Assembly (NCBI GenBank): GCA_965205025.1
Contig: CBDBFU010000018.1
Coordinates: 1 to 64,000 of the forward strand
Direction of reading: 5' to 3'
Origin: Candidatus Poribacteria bacterium
Lineage (GTDB): Bacteria; Poribacteria; WGA-4E; WGA-3G
DNA: 64,000 nucleotides
Shown piece by piece: positions 60,399-64,000 of the stretch (within the stretch, counting starts at the first letter, position 1; each line of letters begins with the position of its first letter). The position numbers and the translations under genes are program-made. Below the pieces are notes generated by a model. The model saw nothing but the letters and a program-made list of their open reading frames with translations, was not told the DNA's origin and did no database searches.

Positions 60399-61640
60399 TG
60401 AAGATTAATTTTTTAATTCGGTAATAATCCGATCTGGCGTAGCAGCATCTGTGATCCTCCTATGAACTGCGACATAAAAAAACTAATCACCTTGTCTTTC
60501 ACGATTTCCCAATCATCGCAATGACGATGGTTATGTAAAACCGATTGACGCACCCATCGCCATAACTTTTCAATCGGGTTCGTCCACGGCGCATAAGTCG
60601 GTAGTTGTATTATCTCAATCGGAAGTTTTTGTAGTGTTCCGATTTTCTCTGAGGGTTTACCTGTCCAATTCGGTGGCTTCGGTTTCACAAACGATGCTGT
60701 TTGCGGGAGAAGTGCTTCCAATAAGTTAGCTTGAAAGTGGGTTGACCAATTGTCTTGTATCAAATATATCCGTTGCTTGTTTGCGTAGCGTTGGCAAATC
60801 TCGGTGTAAAAAGAATGAAGTGCTTCAGCAGTGCAGCGTGAAACTTGCTGGTAAACAACATCTCCAGTATGTGGGTTCAGAGCCCCGATCCCATAGCACG
60901 TTTGGTTGTGTCTGTAGCTCTGACGGGCTAAAGGTGTTTTCGTGCCTGTTTGTGCCCAGTCTTTTGCTATGGTAGGGTTGCGATAAAACGAGAACTCATC
61001 TTGGTAAAGCGCAACACAGGTCTGTGGATGTTGACGGGTCTCTTCCAAAACTTGCTGGACCCTGTCTATTTTTTGGGCATAGTCTGTATCCGGACTATGT
61101 ATGTATAAGCGAGCGCGTTTATAGCTGAGACCGAGTCGACTAAGGATTTTGTGAATACCCGGCACAGACACATCACTGAGCCAAGGGACGATGTTTCCAA
61201 GGGATCGGAGTGTCCATCGTGTTTGATGCGGATTATGTTGTTCAGGTCCCTGTGCGATAGTATTATAGACCTCCGCCTCTGCTTCTTCGGGGGATTTAGG
61301 GGAATAAGCAGGTTTGCGACCACGACCGGGTGTATAGAATAAACCTTGAATACCGTTTTCATTGTATCGGTGAAGCCACGAATAGACCGTATCAGGATCG
61401 CGTTCTTTCAAGAGCATTTTTCGGGCGACTTTGTGAGGGGAAAACCCCTCGCTTATTTTCAAAAGGGCAGCAGCGCGTTCTCGTAGATAAGCCGGTTCGC
61501 CTTTATCACGGAGTTCAACGAGTTTTTGTCGTTCAGTTTCACTGAGTTCAAGTTTATGATGTTTTGCCATGAATAAATACCTCCTTGAACAAGAGGATAG
61601 CACAAAAATAAAATTTACCGAATTAAAAAATTAATCTTCA
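60399..61640 (-). mobile_element. IS630-family insertion sequence
   Basis: Perfect 26-bp TIR TGAAGATTAATTTTTTAATTCGGTAA; TA duplication at 60397-98 and 61641-42. Confidence 0.95.
60413..61603 (-). CDS. IS630-family DDE transposase
   Basis: HTH, GRGRKP, YQDE, IQDN and LPTYAPWTNPIE motifs; uninterrupted ORF; start probably at MAKHH (61570). Confidence 0.93.
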   Translation of the reverse strand: MLSSCSRRYLFMAKHHKLELSETERQKLVELRDKGEPAYLRERAAALLKISEGFSPHKVARKMLLKERDPDTVYSWLHRYNENGIQGLFYTPGRGRKPAYSPKSPEEAEAEVYNTIAQGPEQHNPHQTRWTLRSLGNIVPWLSDVSVPGIHKILSRLGLSYKRARLYIHSPDTDYAQKIDRVQQVLEETRQHPQTCVALYQDEFSFYRNPTIAKDWAQTGTKTPLARQSYRHNQTCYGIGALNPHTGDVVYQQVSRCTAEALHSFYTEICQRYANKQRIYLIQDNWSTHFQANLLEALLPQTASFVKPKPPNWTGKPSEKIGTLQKLPIEIIQLPTYAPWTNPIEKLWRWVRQSVLHNHRHCDDWEIVKDKVISFFMSQFIGGSQMLLRQIGLLPN

Positions 61641-61814
61641 TATGTCATTCATACCGTTGATTCGAGGGGTGATATGTCTATAGAAAAAGATGTATCAAAA
61701 TCCTGCACTCCAGCGGAGTGCCATGTAAGTGATTAGATGGCAACTTGGGTTATATAGTAAACCTCATAGTCATGATACAGTAGCATTCATTGGGAAGCAT
61801 ACCGACTTAATCAA

Positions 61815-62813
61815 CTATTCTTCAAATGCCGCATCAAAAGCGACTGCGGATGGTTCAAAGTCATAACCTTTTACAGCAGCACATGCTTCACTTGCACCGT
61901 GCTCACGATCCATCCCACTATCCTCCCACTCAATGGAGAGTGGACCATCATATCCGATATTGTTTAATGCCCGGATTATCTCTTCGAAATTAATATTTCC
62001 CCGTCCGATGGAACGAAAATCCCAGAAACGTCTGGAATCTCCAAAGTTCAAATGTCCACCAAATACACCAGATAGACGCGGCGTATCTGCCCACCACACA
62101 TCCTTCATATGAACGTGATAAATTCGATCACTTAAACGTTCAATGAATACTACATAATCAACCCCTTGATATCCAAGATGACTTGGGTCATAGTTGAAAC
62201 CGAATGTCTCTCGACCATCAAGTGCTTCTATAGCACGTTCAGCAGTTACAATGTCAAAAGCGATTTCGGTCGGATGAACTTCAAGTCCAAACTTCACACC
62301 GACTTCGTCAAACACATCAAATATAGGATTCCAACGGTCCGCAAAATCTTTGAATCCAGCATCAATCTGATCAGGTGTTACTGGGGGGAATGAATAGAGT
62401 AGATGCCATATTGAACTTCCTGTGAAGCCGTTAACAACATCAACACCGAGTTGGGCAGCAGCACGTGCAGTATTTTTCATCTCTTCCGCAGCACGTTCTT
62501 GAACACCGGCAGGATCACCGTCTCCCCAGATTGCTTCTGAGATAATGGATTGATGTCGGTCATCTATGTTATCGCAGACTGCTTGTCCAACAAGATGGTT
62601 ACTAATTGACCATACCTTTAAACCATATTTTGCCAGTAGGTCGTGCCTTCCTTGACAATAACTATCATCTGAAAGAGCTTTGTCTACTTCAAAGTGGTCT
62701 CCCCAACAAGCAAGTTCTAATCCATCATAATTCCACTCACTTGCTTTTTTTGCTATATCTTCAAGAGTTAAATCTGCCCATTGTCCTGTAAACAGTGTGA
62801 CAGGTCTTGCCAT
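61815..62813 (-). CDS. Sugar phosphate isomerase/epimerase (AP endonuclease 2 TIM barrel)
   Basis: [26 protein letters not shown] and SIEWED motifs. Confidence 0.9.
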   Translation of the reverse strand: MARPVTLFTGQWADLTLEDIAKKASEWNYDGLELACWGDHFEVDKALSDDSYCQGRHDLLAKYGLKVWSISNHLVGQAVCDNIDDRHQSIISEAIWGDGDPAGVQERAAEEMKNTARAAAQLGVDVVNGFTGSSIWHLLYSFPPVTPDQIDAGFKDFADRWNPIFDVFDEVGVKFGLEVHPTEIAFDIVTAERAIEALDGRETFGFNYDPSHLGYQGVDYVVFIERLSDRIYHVHMKDVWWADTPRLSGVFGGHLNFGDSRRFWDFRSIGRGNINFEEIIRALNNIGYDGPLSIEWEDSGMDREHGASEACAAVKGYDFEPSAVAFDAAFEE

Positions 62814-62924
62814 ATTATTTCTCCTTGATTATGTAAGGTTTATCCTTCTTCAAACCAAATCTTTAGGTAATGATTCTAAACCAGATCTCACAATAATCTG
62901 TACTACTAATTGTTGCTGCTATTC

Positions 62925-64000
62925 TTATTCTGGTGGCGTATAACTTGCATCAACCCATGCCCTTTGTTTTCCACTCTCAACGGCAGTATTAATGAAATGT
63001 ACCCCACGAGCACCATCTTGAACAGTTGGAAAATCTGTATCAAACTCGGTTGGGAATTCACCTGCAATTTTGGCAGCCATTGTACGTGATGCATTGACAT
63101 AAATGTTCGCAAATGCTTCTATAAACGCTTCTGGATGACCGAAGGGTATTCGTGAATTGTGCTGTACGACTTCAGCAAGATAATCATTCCCACGTTTATA
63201 AACCTGTTCTGGTCCATCTGGGAATCGTACAGAGAGATAATTCGGATTCTCTTGATGCCATTCTAATGATGCATCTGTCCCATAAACCCGGATACGTAGG
63301 TTATTCTCTTCACCGACAGATACTTGAGATGCATAGAGCACACCTCGTACGCCGTTATCATAATGAACTAAGATATTCCCATCGTCTTCTAACAATCGTC
63401 CTTCAACAAAAGTGGTCATATCTGCACATATCTCTTCCATTCCAAGACCAGTGATATAGTGTGCCAAATTCTCAGCGTGTGAACCGATATCACCGATACA
63501 TGATGAAGCGCCTGCTTGTTTTGGATCTGTCCGCCATACTGCCTGTTTCGCGCCTTCGTTTTCTAAGAAGGTTGCAAGCCATCCTTGTGGATATTCTACA
63601 ACTATTTTTCGCAGTGTACCCAGTTTTCCATCTTTTACCAGTTCGCGTGCCTGTTTCACCATTGGGTATCCGGTATAATTATGTGTAAGAGCAAAGATCA
63701 CATCGTTTGATTTTACGAGATTACATAATTCCTCGGCATCTTCGATGGTAGTTGTCATCGGTTTATCGCAGACAACGTGGAACCCAGCTTCAATAAATGT
63801 CTTAGCAACATCAAAATGCACATGGTTCGGTGTGACAATTGAGACAAAATCAATTCTTTCACCATCAGGAAGTTGACTCTCTTTTTCTGCCATCTCCTTA
63901 TACGAACCATAAACCCTATTATCGTCCAGAAAAAGTTCTGTTCCCTGCTGTTTAGATTTTTCTGGTGAAGATGAAAATGCCCCTGCTACCAAATCTATTT
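62925..64000 (-). CDS. Gfo/Idh/MocA family oxidoreductase (5' end outside window)
   Basis: VAGAFSS, IVTPNHVH, CDKP and GDIGSHA motifs. Confidence 0.9.
   Translation of the reverse strand, partial: IDLVAGAFSSSPEKSKQQGTELFLDDNRVYGSYKEMAEKESQLPDGERIDFVSIVTPNHVHFDVAKTFIEAGFHVVCDKPMTTTIEDAEELCNLVKSNDVIFALTHNYTGYPMVKQARELVKDGKLGTLRKIVVEYPQGWLATFLENEGAKQAVWRTDPKQAGASSCIGDIGSHAENLAHYITGLGMEEICADMTTFVEGRLLEDDGNILVHYDNGVRGVLYASQVSVGEENNLRIRVYGTDASLEWHQENPNYLSVRFPDGPEQVYKRGNDYLAEVVQHNSRIPFGHPEAFIEAFANIYVNASRTMAAKIAGEFPTEFDTDFPTVQDGARGVHFINTAVESGKQRAWVDASYTPPE

Larger units (their letters stand above)
60321..61750. mobile_element. Outer MITE (ACCYAAGTTGC TIRs, TATATA TSD) hosting REP, 35-bp element and IS630
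   Basis: ACCTAAGTTGC at 60321 and GCAACTTGGGT ending at 61750; TATATA on both sides. Confidence 0.7.

Noticed and set aside
6065-61662. 35-bp hairpin element as a CRISPR repeat
   Set aside because: Its length and hairpin are CRISPR-like, but the copies are dispersed in both orientations inside other repeats and are never regularly spaced.

Overview
Low-GC bacterial chromosomal window. Gene content suggests Candidatus Poribacteria or a similar sponge-symbiont lineage (inference): internalin-like LRR proteins, secreted LamG proteins with a C-terminal ...GKxxTxWGxxK tail, PhyH dioxygenases and many Gfo/Idh/MocA oxidoreductases. The window has five main parts. (i) Sugar-acid and amino-acid catabolic genes. 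(ii) Secreted LRR/Ig/metalloprotease/LamG proteins. (iii) A decaying defence region at 26-33.6 kb: DUF932, a coupled three-gene chaperone-like/antitoxin-like/ART-toxin-like operon, a TIR/SEFIR relic, a fused R-M enzyme and a dpdA-like relic; a second R-M gene lies at 11-14 kb. (iv) An uncharacterised envelope operon built around a 2433-aa LysM/pseudo-M28/coiled-coil/FtsX fusion, with an OPT-like permease, a PqqD/RRE protein and an ABC ATPase. (v) Dense intergenic mosaics of nested mobile DNA. The most unusual non-coding signal is a ~35-bp element (AATCAACGGTATGAATGNN-loop-NNCATTCCCCG, about 14 copies, co-varying stem). It inserts into the hairpins of several unrelated REP families and is itself the target of an intact IS630 and its MITEs, which carry a further copy of the element. 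No rRNA, tRNA or CRISPR array was seen. Four genes carry single-base insertions that look like assembly errors.
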